A stretch of 64,000 nucleotides of DNA from Octopus sinensis (lineage: Eukaryota): assembly GCF_006345805.1 (NCBI RefSeq), contig NC_043015.1:13516001-13580000 (forward strand), written 5' to 3'. The position numbers and the translations under genes were made by a program. This document shows positions 13,927 through 26,610 of the stretch, piece by piece (position 1 is the stretch's first letter; each line of letters opens with the position of its first letter). Under the pieces are notes generated by a model, which saw only the letters and a list, made by a program, of their open reading frames with translations, was not told the origin of the DNA and made no database searches.

Positions 13927-13996
13927 ACACACACATACACACTCACAGATATATATATATCTATATATCTATATCTATATCTATCTATCTATATAT

Positions 13997-14080
<84 letters not shown>

Positions 14081-14469
14081 TATATAACATATATATATAC
14101 ATATATATTATATACAGGTCATCGTAGAAATTGTATTTTTGGAATATAAGGACACAGAAGAGCTGTCATGTCGTCATGTATTTCTTAATAGTATTTTCTA
14201 TTAAGAAATGTTAGATAACTGACATGCTTTGTGTTAACTACTGATATTGTTTTATTGCAGATGTTGTTGATCGGTTATTGATTCAATACAGTGGAATATC
14301 ATTTGTGGGTAGATACACTTTGACCTGCTTCGATATTTCTAGGTTCATCAAAACAAACTGTACTATTAACGCATGGGTCAAATGTAACTATAATAATGTG
14401 TGTTTGGCTTTATTATCCGAAATGACACTGTTCACATTCAAATGCGTCTATCCAGTAATATGCATTTGC

Positions 14470-14527
<58 letters not shown>

Positions 14528-14599
14528 ATATGTATATATATATATGTATGTATCTTTTTATACATGTAGGTATATATATACATATGTCAATATGTATAC

Positions 14600-14651
<52 letters not shown>

Positions 14652-14826
14652 ATACATATATAATGTACACATAAATATGATATAAATACATGTATATGAG
14701 AATACATGTTATATGTAATGATAGTATATTTATATACATATATATAAACATAATGTATATATATATAATATATATGTGTCTGTATGTGTATATACTATAT
14801 GATCTGTAATATTATAAGAATATAAT

Positions 14827-14882
<56 letters not shown>

Positions 14883-14883
14883 C

Positions 14884-14918
<35 letters not shown>

Positions 14919-14934
14919 CAAAATATATATATAT

Positions 14935-14986
<52 letters not shown>

Positions 14987-15128
14987 CATAAATGTTCAAT
15001 TTGCAAGGAAAGATCCAGAGGAACGGTTACAAGGTAGCCAAATGTCACTTAAGCGTCCAAGGAATTATCAATCACATTTGCGTGGGATTTAATTCCGAGG
15101 AGAAGTGAGACGTGTTCTGGAAAACATA

Positions 15129-15392
15129 AGAATAATGGAAAATGGGGACAAACGCTCAAGATGTTATTTAAATCATTTATATCACCCTATCAACGATATA
15201 TGTTTCTATAGATGTATGAAAAATAAAGAGGAAGAATAATGTGAAAAAATGCATCAATCTTATCAGGGAGGATATAAACAGTGTTCATGAATAAGTCATT
15301 TAAAAATTACTAGCGTTCCCTATCCACCTTTGTTTTCAATATATATAAACATATTCAAATAATATCTTGAGCGTTTGTCTCCATTTTTCTTA

Positions 15393-15396
<4 letters not shown>
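15129..15396. mobile_element. Putative MITE with ~38-bp imperfect terminal inverted repeats
   Basis: AGAATAATGGAAAATGGGGACAAACGCTCAAGATGTTATT (15129-15168) is inversely repeated at 15358-15396; non-coding ~190-bp interior. Confidence 0.55.
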
Positions 15397-15428
<32 letters not shown>

Positions 15429-15896
15429 TCCAAAGTATACCAGCGAGCCATATTATTGAGAACTTAATACCTATGTATACAGAAGTATTAATATACGTTC
15501 ATTCTCGGTATAAGTCGAGAGGTACCATCATTTCAAAATTTTTCGGTGCTTTATAAACTGAGTGATCGTGTCTACTATATGTCTGATCTTTTAGTTATGA
15601 ATCCCTGAATAAAAGATAGTGAAATTTGAGATGGTTGTATTTGTACACATATACATATGAATATTCATATACATTTATATATACATGTGTATATGTTATA
15701 TGTATGCATATATTTATATGTGTATATATACATATATATATACATACATATACATACATATGTACATACATATATACATACATACACACATATATATGTA
15801 TATATAAAACACATACTTATAATATATAAACGTGTGTGGTCATAATTACATTTGTGTTGTTGATTGCTCGTTTTACTCGAAATTATTTTTTATTAG

Positions 15897-16000
15897 ATGG
15901 ACCTTGTCTGTGATAAGCAGTTTGCCTCCACCCACGCGCAGATGAGTGTGATGGGGGGCTTCTTGGCAGGAGCATTCATCCTGGGGAGTTTATCCGACAT
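15897..16000 (+). CDS. SLC22-like exon (104 bp): MDLVCDKQFASTHAQMSVMGGFLAGAFILGSLSD(I)
   Basis: tattag acceptor, gtaagt donor. Phase 0 joins VTE to give the 'E-x-DLVC' motif. Not in the ORF track. Confidence 0.93.
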
Positions 16001-18049
16001 GTAAGTCCGCCTCTTCACCCCAATTTGGGTGATTTGCAGGTACCATTATAGCCGAATGTACAACTGCTCAACTCTACCTTTTCCCTATTTTATATGCATA
16101 TTTTGATACTTGTATTTCAAATAATTTTTTTTATCTTATAAACTATGTTAATCATATTGAGGAAGATATCACTATAGAATATATAATTCAAAACTGTATG
16201 TGATAAAGAGAATTATTTTTACTCTAGATTCATGCCTAAATTTTTTAAACGTAATTACGAAATTGCATTCCTTCTTTCATATCTACACATATTTCCATAC
16301 AGGCCGTGACAATTGCATATTATTGACTAATAGTAACTACAACTCTATCACAATCTGGGCCTGGTTCTGGGCCCATATTACTTTCTGCCCAAGCTGGCTA
16401 AGTCCATTGCTGCACATAAATAAACTCGATAGTATGTCGGCTGCAATGTTTCTCGTCATATCATTTGAGTTTGCAGTATGAACCAGCAGAGCTTTTCGTC
16501 TGTTGATTCGTTTTGAAGACCACTTTCTAGCTTCCATTTAAAAATTTATGAATTTTTAGTTTTACATTAATTATGAAAGCAGTAATACGTTCCTTGTGAG
16601 GTGACGGTCATCTGAGAGGGAGCTATAAACAAATTTAAACTAGAACTTTTCCAGAAGGACTTTGAATTTCTGTTTGCATCTTTTTTTATATATCTTTCAA
16701 GAATACTTTCTTACTTATGAACCTAATGGTCCTTTCCATTTAAAATAAATGACCTGGGGATCTACATTTTTCTGATACGGAGCATTTTGTTAATTCTACG
16801 TCAGTATTTCTATGAAGCGCTAGATACGCACGCACACGCACACACACATACATATATATCCGGAAATTATTATGATATAGTATCATACTTAATTATCTAT
16901 TTAGGTTGTACAAAGTTCGTATTTAGAATGTCAGCCTCCAAGCGGGTTATCTACATCTGTAATCAAGAACAACAGATGTTCTGCAGTTACGAAATGATGG
17001 GTAGGGAGAATAGAGTAAGTTATAAAGATTAACTCAATAATTTCTGTATTCTGCTTCTATTCAGCATAAAACGATTAGTAAATGTTAATATTATGTTTAC
17101 AGTAGGTACGACGGATACGGTTGCAATAGATGGCTTTTTATAGCTAAGTAAGAAGAGATAGGGCAGTGTCCATGACCTTTCACGGGGCTTCCTAGACTGA
17201 TAAAAGGAAGAGAGGAATCTATGCTCAGACTGGAGACAACAGTGAACGTTTCAATTTCCAACATAGAAACGAAATGAATTCTTGATATTAATCTCTGTAA
17301 TATTTAAACTGGAAAATTAATCTTGTTGTTTCATTTGTTTTCCAACGAATATTCATATGCATACATATTAAGTATGTATATAACTGCAAATAAATACATA
17401 TATGTACATGTTTGAAGATGTGAATACAAAAAGTCGAGTGAAATTATCTAACAGAATAGAAAATACTTTGATGACAATGATAAGAAAAAATTTTTTTTTT
17501 AAATATTATTTGAAGAAGATATTTATCTAGAACATATTCATATATTTCTTGATATTCTTTTACTGTAGCATATCACTTATAAATAAGCGAGAACATGTTT
17601 TCGAAATTGTCTTCTAAATTATTGAAATACATTCCTATGACATTTTCTTCCTTTAAAAAAATATGATGTATAGTTATCCTTTTGGAGAAAGAAATTCTTT
17701 ACAAATGGTGGAGGGTTGCAAAATTAGTTAGTGTTACTAACACATTTACTCCTAACTCTCACGTAATTTCTAGAAAGGAATTCTGAAACCAAAACCCCGT
17801 ATACCATTTCTTCATCATTTTTCGGTTTTGATAAAATATTTCAGGTGCATTCCCTTTCACTATTTTAAGTAAAGATATTCATAGTTTTTCTAAATTACGG
17901 AATGATGAGGGGATTTTTTAATCTCTTTCCTTAGTCGCACTTCTTGATTTTGCGATTTTGTTTCGTAACTCGTTCCTTGACAAAAATGACATTCAGATAG
18001 TTCGATTTTTTACAAGTGATTATAAAATGATATAGCTTAGAATTCTTTT

Positions 18050-18242
18050 CTGATCTAGGCACAAGGCCCGAAATTTTGGGGGAGGGGGCCAGTCGATTAG
18101 ATCGACCCCAGTACACGACTGATACTTAATTTATCGACTCCGAAAGGATGAAAGGCAAAGTCGACCTCAGCGGAAATTGAACTCAGAACACAAAAACAGA
18201 CGAAATACCGTGGTGCTAACGTTTCTGCCAGCTCGCCGCCTA
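18050..18242 (-). mobile_element. SINE family A
   Basis: Reverse complement of family head, core and tail. Confidence 0.9.
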
Positions 18243-18299
18243 TAATTATAATTGCTTCAAATATTACATGGTATCTCTTAGAAATATTAATATTTTTTT

Positions 18300-18470
18300 A
18301 TATTTTTGTCCGTCTTTACGTTCTGAGTTCAAATTCCGTTGAGATTGACTTTGTCTTTCATCTTTTCGGGGTGGATAAAATAAATACCAGTTGAGCACTG
18401 GGGTCGATGTAATCAACTTAACACCTCCCCCGAATTTGCCGGCCTTGTACAAAAAATTTGAAACCAATAT
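18300..18470 (+). mobile_element. SINE family A (5'-truncated)
   Basis: B-box, core and tail present. Confidence 0.85.
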
Positions 18471-18482
18471 TTTGTATCTTTA

Positions 18483-18697
18483 AGATGGCGAGCTGGCAGA
18501 ATCGTTACCGCGCTGGAAAAATGCTTAGCGGCATTTCTTCTGACTTTACGTTCTGAATCCAAATACCGCCGGGATCACCTTTGCTTTTCATTCTTTCGGG
18601 GTCAATAAAATAAGTACTAGTTGAATTCTGAGATCACTGTTATCGACTAGCCCCACCTCCAAACTTGCTGGCCTCATGCCAAAACTTGAAATCAATA
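18483..18697 (+). mobile_element. SINE family A
   Basis: AGATGGCGAGCTGGCAGAATCG head through AAAACTTGAAATC tail. Confidence 0.85.
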
Positions 18698-19369
18698 TGT
18701 TGTATCTTTCCTGTTTCCTAACGTTTATAATTTTTTAGTGTTCAGACTTCAAATATTTCATTTGGTCAAAATTTTGAAGCTATTAAGATCACTTATACGC
18801 TCACATCTATTCTATATAATTCTATATGACAAAAACCTTGTATTTTAAAGCACAGAGAAATAACAGATTTTTCTTAATTCAAAATTTCCTACTTCCGTAA
18901 TTAGGAAGTAAAGTAATTCGCAGGAAACGTTTGAAGATATTTCAACTCTCATTATAGGATTCTTTCTTGATTTAATCTTCTTCAGCTTATTTCAATAACA
19001 AATTATCTTGTTATTGTTGTTAACAGAAAGCGACTTAGTTGATTCTTAACTGAAGAAACTAAAGCACAATAGTAGCCAATCGGAAAACTAATTATGCTGG
19101 CATTACTACAATTCAGTACTCCACTGTCGGCTTTTAATTCCTCAAAAGTTTCTTAATAATGCATTCATTTACTATGAAATATTGTAGACATATGTTTATG
19201 ACGGTGTAAATTAGAATTAGGTTGTTCAAATTAATGTTTTCTTAAGACATTTTAAAAATTCACTTTAAATAGTTCAGCAACTTGCTCATAATTGTTGCAT
19301 AAGAAAAAAATCTGTCATTATCATGATTGATATATTTATTATAATAGGAAATTACACTTTAATTGTTTC

Positions 19370-19715
19370 AGTAATTCGACTGTGTCATGCTGGAGTGGAG
19401 AACTTGGCTGCAAAGCTTTAGTTGAACATATCGACTCCAGTACTTTTCTTTCAAGCTGGTACTTATTCTATTAGTAACTTTGGCCGAACTACTAAGTTAC
19501 GGAGACATAAACAAACCAACACTGGTTATCAAGCGGTAGGGCGGTCAAACACAAGTGTAAAGACGCACACATACATATATATGCTCCGGACTTCCATACA
19601 GTTTCTATGCAACTTCTACACAAGGCATCGTTTGCCCTTTGAGCTATAGTATAAGATATATTAAATATCGCTAAGTGAAACTGAAACCGAAACTACGTGG
19701 TTCCTAACCACTCAG
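19370..19715 (-). mobile_element. SINE family B (degraded)
   Basis: TGTTTCAGT...CATGCTGGAG...ACCAACACTGGTTATCAAGCG motifs shared with the other B copies. Confidence 0.7.
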
Positions 19716-21217
19716 TCGTGCCTCTGACACGATGAATAAAGTTCAAAATTTGCTTTAGCTTGTTGCAATACAGATCGAAAGTATCCAGTAATGGAAGCAA
19801 GAGCAAACTAGCCAACTACAATATTCTTCTGATTTCAATATGCTTTGCAAAGATCATGACCAAGTTTTTGAGTGCTTAAAAAGGAATGAACTCTTCTTTC
19901 TGCATCATTCTTTTTTATTGAACAAAAATGACTTCATCAACATAATCTCACTTTAAAAAGCTTTTGTTTTAAACATGCATTATTAAAAATGTTGTGAGGA
20001 AACAAATTCGGTAGTAGTGGGCATTAAATTGTAGTTATAACAAAAATGTGAAAAACTATACATTTTAGAGTATATTTACTTTTCAATGGCCAATATTTCG
20101 TTATGAACAATAGGATGGTCATTCACTTACTATTTCATCAACTAAGAAAGTTTAGCTCTATTGTCGTATGCCATGACCCAACAGCCAGCACAGGCGTATT
20201 TTATCAAAACATTACTTTCATGTAAATGCCTGGTAACTTCACAAATATTTTACCTCGGGAATGATGTTTTTGGTTGTACACCTTATGTAACAGGTTTTTC
20301 TTCTTCAATTTCAAACTGGATCACTTAGTACATCAAAGAATTTGTTTTTAAAGTTTTGTCCTCGTACTAAAGAAGGTTTCTTTCACAGAACGAGTACTTA
20401 ATTTTAGATTCTGGATTAGTTTATCGGTAGTCTTTCGAAGTAAATTTTATTAGTAAATGTCTGGTATAAATCCCTAATAGTCGATAAAATCTGGCCTGAA
20501 CGTTTTTTTTCTTTTTAAATTGATAGCTTTTATCTGTTACATCAAATAAAAATTAGCACTTAGGTTTTTTTTTTTCATATTTTTCGTCTAGTTAGATACA
20601 GATTTTGTTTCACTATGAGTTCTTCTTCTTTCATCTTTTTTCATGTTGCCAGGTTTGTCCTCACTTTTTGATTGCATTTGTCTCTAAATGATTCATTTTT
20701 AGTTTCATTTGTCACCATTTGAACCCATTTCTCAGTATATTGATGCTTCTCCTATATTTTACCCTTCGCTTTCGGTCCTGGGTTTTCCCGCTATGAATTT
20801 CCAAAAGCTTACTAACTATCGAATAAAGATTTAATAAAAGAAAACCAAATATAATTTTAGTGGATATGTAATGTTTGATTGTTAGACCAATAATAAATAA
20901 ATAAATAACTAAATAAATTTTCAAAAAGCTATATTTGAACAACTAATTTAAGCAATTTTAAATATTAAAAAAGAAGTTCGAAGTTTTACTGATCTTAATA
21001 AAGTCATTATGAAAGCATCTTTGAAGATTGATATATGCATACATATTAATTATTAATTATTAAATGTCAATTGTTATAGTTTAGATTACTTAAAATATTG
21101 TAACACTTTAACGGATACAACTATAATGTATTAAATGAAATTGGAATACAAGACTTTTTTGTACAATACAGGTTCTGTAGTATGTTATATTTTGTTTCGT
21201 TTTGTTTTTTTTTCTAG

Positions 21218-21372
21218 AATTGGTCGCCGGAAGATTTTGCTGATTTCATATCTTTTAAACATTTGCACCAGTATTGGCACCACCTGGGTTCCTGAATTTA
21301 TTTCCCTGGCTGTGATTCGTTTTGCACAAGGTATAGCATGTGCCGGAATAATTACAACGGCCTTTGTAATAG
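21218..21372 (+). CDS. SLC22-like exon (155 bp): IGRRKILLISY...IRFAQGIACAGIITTAFVI(G)
   Basis: ttctag acceptor, gtaagt donor. Completes the MFS motif A 'GSLSDIIGRRK'; phases match the neighbouring exons. Confidence 0.95.
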
Positions 21373-21649
21373 GTAAGTCATACAGCATTCATTGAAATCT
21401 AAATTAAGAAACAATAGTTAAAATTAACCGAATCTCTACATTGTCAGCCTACAACCAACCATAAATGCTCCTTACTTGTATCTAAGTTGTAGTTTGTGCA
21501 TAACAAATATATTTAACTCGCATTATTTGACGTAGAGAGACAGCATGTAATCATCTTTCGATACAGCAACAGTGTCTTATAAAATAGAAGTGTTTTGTTA
21601 TTTGTTACTGTCAGACTTAAATCCCCATCACTGCTTCGTATTACTTTAG

Positions 21650-22120
21650 AACGTTGTCGATCATCCCGACACCTGTATGCCGATATGGTTGCCCAGGTTT
21701 CCTTCGAACGGGACGCATCCCAATGCCTCGAGTATCCTCAGCAGTGACATGCAGAAAAGATGGGAGAAAACATCTTTCGCTGGCCGGTTGCGTGATTCGA
21801 AACGGTTCTGATTGTTGGTCATTTAGCCTGACAATTGTATAGCTGATTCTATACAATAAAGCAGTCTATCCTCTGAGATCGAGACCGAACCCGTTTGCAT
21901 TGTAGTTAACAGCCAGATATTTCATAGCCGACCCTGCCAAAAGCTTTCGACAGGACCAAATTGACCAGAGTCCCATCAAAAGCATATTTGCTCACTAACT
22001 TCTCACGAGTGGGAGATTGTTGTCGCCAGAAACAGTAGATATCTGCTAAAGCCTTTGGCAAACAAGTCTGCTTGTAGCTATAACAATCGAAGGGAAGGTC
22101 GTCCAAGCCATGCAATTTAC
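21650..22120 (-). mobile_element. Jockey/CR1-like LINE RT fragment (degenerate)
   Basis: Minus-strand peptides 'LVLSKAFGRV' and 'IVRLNDQQSEPFRIT' resemble RT segments 'D.SKAFDRV' and 'V.LNG..S....IT.GVPQG'. Confidence 0.6.
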
Positions 22121-23924
22121 TTGTCGAACAATCACATATTGCTTACAATGTCACAGACGCTGTTATTATGGGATAAAGGCTTTAAGGTACTTATCATTTT
22201 TCAATTCTGTATCATGAGTAAAATTACTATGATCGAATTTACCTTTCAAACTTCTGAAATCGATAAAGTAGTCATAGTAGTAGTAGTAGTAGTAGTAGTA
22301 TAGTAGTAGTAGTAGTTGCAGCAGCAGTAGTAGTGATAGTAGTAGTAGTAGTAGTAGTAATATACTCTGATCGCCCATACCCTTCCTCTTTAACTTGTGA
22401 CATTGTGGGTTTTAAGTTTTGAAAAACAAATCCAACTAAATAATAAAAAAGCAATTTTTCAAGTTTAGGACATTGTCCTAGAAGAGTAAGTGATAGGATC
22501 TTCCAAGAGCGAATTTTCGCCCATTTTGACATCTGAAGCCGTCCTCTGACGAAGTCTCCAAAGATTCACATGAAAAACAAAATTATAATCAAAACAGTAA
22601 TTCAATTTACAAACTTAAGAATTTGTAAAAATTGCTCAAAATAGTATAATTTAAATTAATTTGTAAAATTAAAAATTACTCCCTGCATAAATTCTTGTTA
22701 ACTGGAAATTCGCTTTTGATAATAAAACAGGTTCCCTGCCCATGTAGTACAGAGTACACCGTAAATTTCTGTGGTGCGGTCCTTCAGAATCCTCGTTATT
22801 GCAGCAAATGTTGGCTACTTTAGACAATCTAAGTAAATGGAGATTACACTGGATATTATCCATGGCCTTCCCAAGGGCATTATCACATGAGTAAAATTAA
22901 GTTACAATGCATATGTAATTGAAATTGTACCCTGGATTCGACCAATCAATAATTTACTGTAACATCTTATTCTATTAATTGTTGAGGGGTGCAAAAGAAA
23001 GATTTTAAATTTTGAACGTAGTAGGATTTGTGCCAGCTGAAGAATGGATACTTGTAAGGAAAATCACGCGCCTCATTGCCTATGAAATCCATCTGTTGCG
23101 GTTTTCCAGCTGGGCTGGTTGGCTATATCCTGGCAACTGGGTCGATTGGATTATAATCCTAAAGACTAAATCAAGCCACCAAAGAGACAGGCATGGCTGC
23201 TCAAAGTATGGAACCTTTCCTGAAGCGAAGACTAATTCAGTCCATTCAAGCGAAGCGTACAGGCTAAGGAGCGAAATATTTGTGGCCGTGAGATACCTGC
23301 TGATGACACGGAAGAGTTTCCGACGTTGCGATGGATTCAAAAGAGCTAGAAATACAGCTGAGAGTCTCCGGTACTTTCTGCGTGGGAAAAAGTATCTTGG
23401 ATATTTATTTCACCTGATAACTCAAAACAGCAGCACACCTGGCATTTAGTATTTAGTGATGGCACCGATAGAATAAGTCATATATTAAGCTCAATCGAAA
23501 CATATTGAACATTAGCTGTGTGATCAAATTCCAAGATTTAACAGCATGTGAATGTGTGTGTTTTAGTGCAAGAAATCAATGGAGATGGATGAATCTTAAA
23601 GCTTCTAGTAACGTCTTTGCAGGGGAGTTAGAAAGTTATCCCCTCTGTATTGTTTATATTCTTTTTCTGTAAAAGCATGTCTTCAGATCAAAATAATAAT
23701 CAAAATATAAGAATACATTAAGGATTACGCTTGCAATACAGAACAGTATTTCTTTGCTGTCTATTTTATCACCCCGGATGTATTAAGGGCAAGACCTCCT
23801 TTGATGGAATTTGAAGTCATAACATAGAAGGACAAACTGAATATGAGTATAATCATACTATAATCCATATCAACTGAAAGATAATGGTATGTTGTAGAGA
23901 GCGGGTAACTGCTTAATAAACACA

Positions 23925-23972
<48 letters not shown>

Positions 23973-23974
23973 TA

Positions 23975-24036
23975 CATTCCTAAGGTATTTTTCGATGCTG
24001 TTGTTTTTGCTGTTGATGTTGTTGTCGTTGTTATTT

Positions 24037-24129
<93 letters not shown>

Positions 24130-24215
24130 TCATTATTATTATTATTCAGGCCAATGCTTGGAATCGAATTCGGAATTTTGGGGTTAGTATCCCGCGCTCT
24201 TAACCACTACGCCAT
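23975..24215 (-). mobile_element. Composite element D, truncated copy (tRNA-like head + trinucleotide repeat + start of body)
   Basis: Reverse complement ATGGCGTAGTGGTTAAGAGCGCGGGATACTAACCCC...CTGAATAAT, then microsatellite, then CATCGAAAAATACCTTAGGAATG, matching the 24454 copy. Confidence 0.8.
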
Positions 24216-24453
24216 GTTCAGGTTTATACCTGTAATTATTGGGGAACTGGGATATGTAACACACTGCCTAAGAACCAATCTTGATAAATTAGGCTTCTCA
24301 AAACCAGAAAGGCGGAAGCCAATTCGAAGACTATAGATCCAAGCCATCACTCGAAATGTAAAAATATGTAAAACATTCCAGAAATTTATCATTTAAGTAT
24401 ATATGAACCATGTCTAGACATGCAACTCTATGCATGAGAATACATATGCCCAC

Positions 24454-24540
24454 GGGTATATGGCGTAGTGGTTAAGAACACGGGATACTAACCCCAAGAT
24501 TCCGAATTCGATTCCAAGCAGTGACCTGAATAATAATAAC

Positions 24541-24604
<64 letters not shown>

Positions 24605-24745
24605 TCGGAAAATATCTTAGGAATGAGAACTCAGGTTCGAAATTTCCCCAAGACACCTGATGAAGGCTGGAGGGTATATCAGCCGAAATGTTGTGTTAAC
24701 AACAAACAAGATGAGAACAAATATCCGTCAAATGTAAATAATGTA
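24454..24745 (+). mobile_element. Composite element D: tRNA-like Pol III head + (AAT)n + Penelope-like 3' module with hammerhead motif
   Basis: A-box TGGCGTAGTGG at 24461-24471, B-box-like AATTCGATTCC at 24505-24515, (AAT)n to ~24600, then a 145-bp unique body. Confidence 0.8.
24652..24697 (+). ncRNA. Minimal type I hammerhead ribozyme motif (probably dimer-forming)
   Basis: Stem I GACAC/GUGUU; core CUGAUGA plus extra A; stem II GGCUG/CAGCC; GAAA; self-complementary AUGU stem III; U at the cleavage position (24692). Confidence 0.7.
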
Positions 24746-24873
24746 TACATACATTTCCTCTTTTAAAACATATTAGATATTAATGAATGAAATTCGCATT
24801 TGCCGCGCAGGACAAATTATTGTTTGAAATTGATGAAATTCTGAAATTGTGTTGTTAATTTTGTTGTTTCTAG

Positions 24874-25042
24874 GTATTGAAATAGTCGGTCCTACATATC
24901 GGAAAATCACTGGAATTCTTTTCGAGTTCTTTTTTGCTTTTGGATTCGTCCTTCTCGCCGGTTTGGCCTACCTGATCCGAGACTGGGAGTACTTAGAGTT
25001 GGCTGTGTCTCTTCCTTCAATCACTTACATAATTATTTGGTT
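24874..25042 (+). CDS. SLC22-like exon (169 bp): IEIVGPTYRKITG...LIRDWEYLELAVSLPSITYIIIW
   Basis: ttctag acceptor, gtaagt donor. Contains the SLC22 'E-x-VGP-x-x-R' and 'RDW' motifs. Confidence 0.95.
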
Positions 25043-25538
25043 GTAAGTACCATTTTCAGTTTCTATCTTTTTTTTATAACGATCTAACTAGATTCAATAT
25101 TGTTTGGTGAAACTGTTGACCTTGCTATTGTTAACTTTTGAGCCCGTCTCTAACGCTGTGGACTACTCATTGCAGAAACTAAATAAGAAAGAGAAGGGGG
25201 TGGAGGCGGAAGAGGATGGGATAATGGGGATTTTTGTACGGCAATTGAGAGCAAAAGTGACCTTATAACAACAGCAGCAACAACAACAACAACAACAACA
25301 ATAATAATAATAATAACCAACGCATTACAGACACAACACACAATACAAACACTAATACAACAAAAGACTGCACCAGACCTCATAACAAAAGAAACTGACG
25401 CAATACAATACTGGGAAGAGTTTGCATCCCTCCCCGCCACACACACGCACAAAAAATCGCAATGCTTCACACACCCCAGCAACACGGAGATATAGCAGGT
25501 GATACTGTAAAAATTTGCCTGAAACTACCAAATGTTGG

Positions 25539-25581
<43 letters not shown>

Positions 25582-25583
<2 letters not shown>

Positions 25584-26129
25584 GCCCCCATGTAGTACCT
25601 CGCAGTGGCTTTCGTGGCTTCTCGTCTTAATTGACTGGAAGTGTTATCATGTACATTGTTTTGTCTTGGTATAAAAGATGGGTTACAGAAAATATTCTGC
25701 TCGATACCACAGATTTGTTTGTCAGTTGTTTGACCTTAACCAGTTGAGCATTCCCTTAGTGGCTGACGATATGTGCATTTCTGATCACGAACAGAAATAG
25801 TGGTGGGGATATCATAGCCACGTATTGAGAGGAATTCTTTTGGGGTTTGAATAATTAATCTCTGGAAACATGGGTGTTTCGTTTAACATGCTTAAACACC
25901 CCTTATCCAGGTAACTTTTGAGCGAGATGGGCTACTCGACCTGAAGAAAATGCTAACTGGGCCCCACTACAAGGTCATGCACTGTTTCTCTTAATATAAT
26001 GTCGCGCACATATGATTGTGATGTATGTGTCTGATGTACCCTTATCAGACGAGTAGTCATAATGGGTATACTGGGTTTCGTATATTTTACCCCATTATCA
26101 CTTTGATGGCATGCACTGCTCTCTCACTC
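25582..26129 (+). mobile_element. Non-coding element F (~550 bp) embedded in (TAA)n
   Basis: Reverse-complement homolog of 61359-61878 and 62202-62792; (TAA)n directly on both sides; no TIR, tRNA head or ORF. Confidence 0.85.
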
Positions 26130-26141
26130 AATAATAATAAT

Positions 26142-26177
<36 letters not shown>

Positions 26178-26224
26178 TTTTACTACTCATTTACCCTGAA
26201 ATCCTTTCTACTAATCCGTTCCTC

Positions 26225-26410
26225 TGAAATTTTTGGGAAGGGGTAAGTCGATCGCATTGACCCCAATACTCAGCTGGTACTTATTTTATTGATGCCACAA
26301 GGATGAAGGGCAAAGTTGACCTCGGCAGAATTTGAACTCATAACGTGAAGTCGGACGCAATACCGCAAAGTATATTTCCCGGCGTGTTAACGATTCCGCC
26401 AGCTCGCCAT
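26225..26410 (-). mobile_element. SINE family A
   Basis: Reverse complement of family head and core. Confidence 0.85.
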
Positions 26411-26428
26411 CAACAATAACAACAGTAA

Positions 26429-26459
<31 letters not shown>

Positions 26460-26579
26460 GTCATTATCGTCATTATCATCACTATCAATAATAATAATAA
26501 TAATAATAATAATACCAACAACAACAACAACAACAACAACAACAAGAAAAAGAAGAAGAAGAAGAAGAAGAAGAAGAAG

Positions 26580-26609
<30 letters not shown>
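26410..26609. repeat. Compound trinucleotide microsatellite (CAA/CAT/AAT/CAA/GAA)
   Basis: Direct reading. Confidence 0.95.

Positions 26610-26610
<1 letters not shown>

Noticed and set aside
22545-22580. CTGACGAAG...GAAA possible hammerhead
   Set aside because: Stem II does not pair.
23012-23449. 145-aa ORF; on the minus strand a weak 'MDFIG' integrase-like word
   Set aside because: No coherent family motifs or splice context; left unassigned.
24454-24530. Functional tRNA gene (also the heads at 7585, 45383, 58190)
   Set aside because: No complete cloverleaf or acceptor stem, no T-run terminator, and each continues into a repeat body; these are SINE heads.
25330-25540. Further REL-LINE 3' remnant ending in (TAA)n
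   Set aside because: Only a faint 'KIAML' resemblance; too weak to list as a feature.
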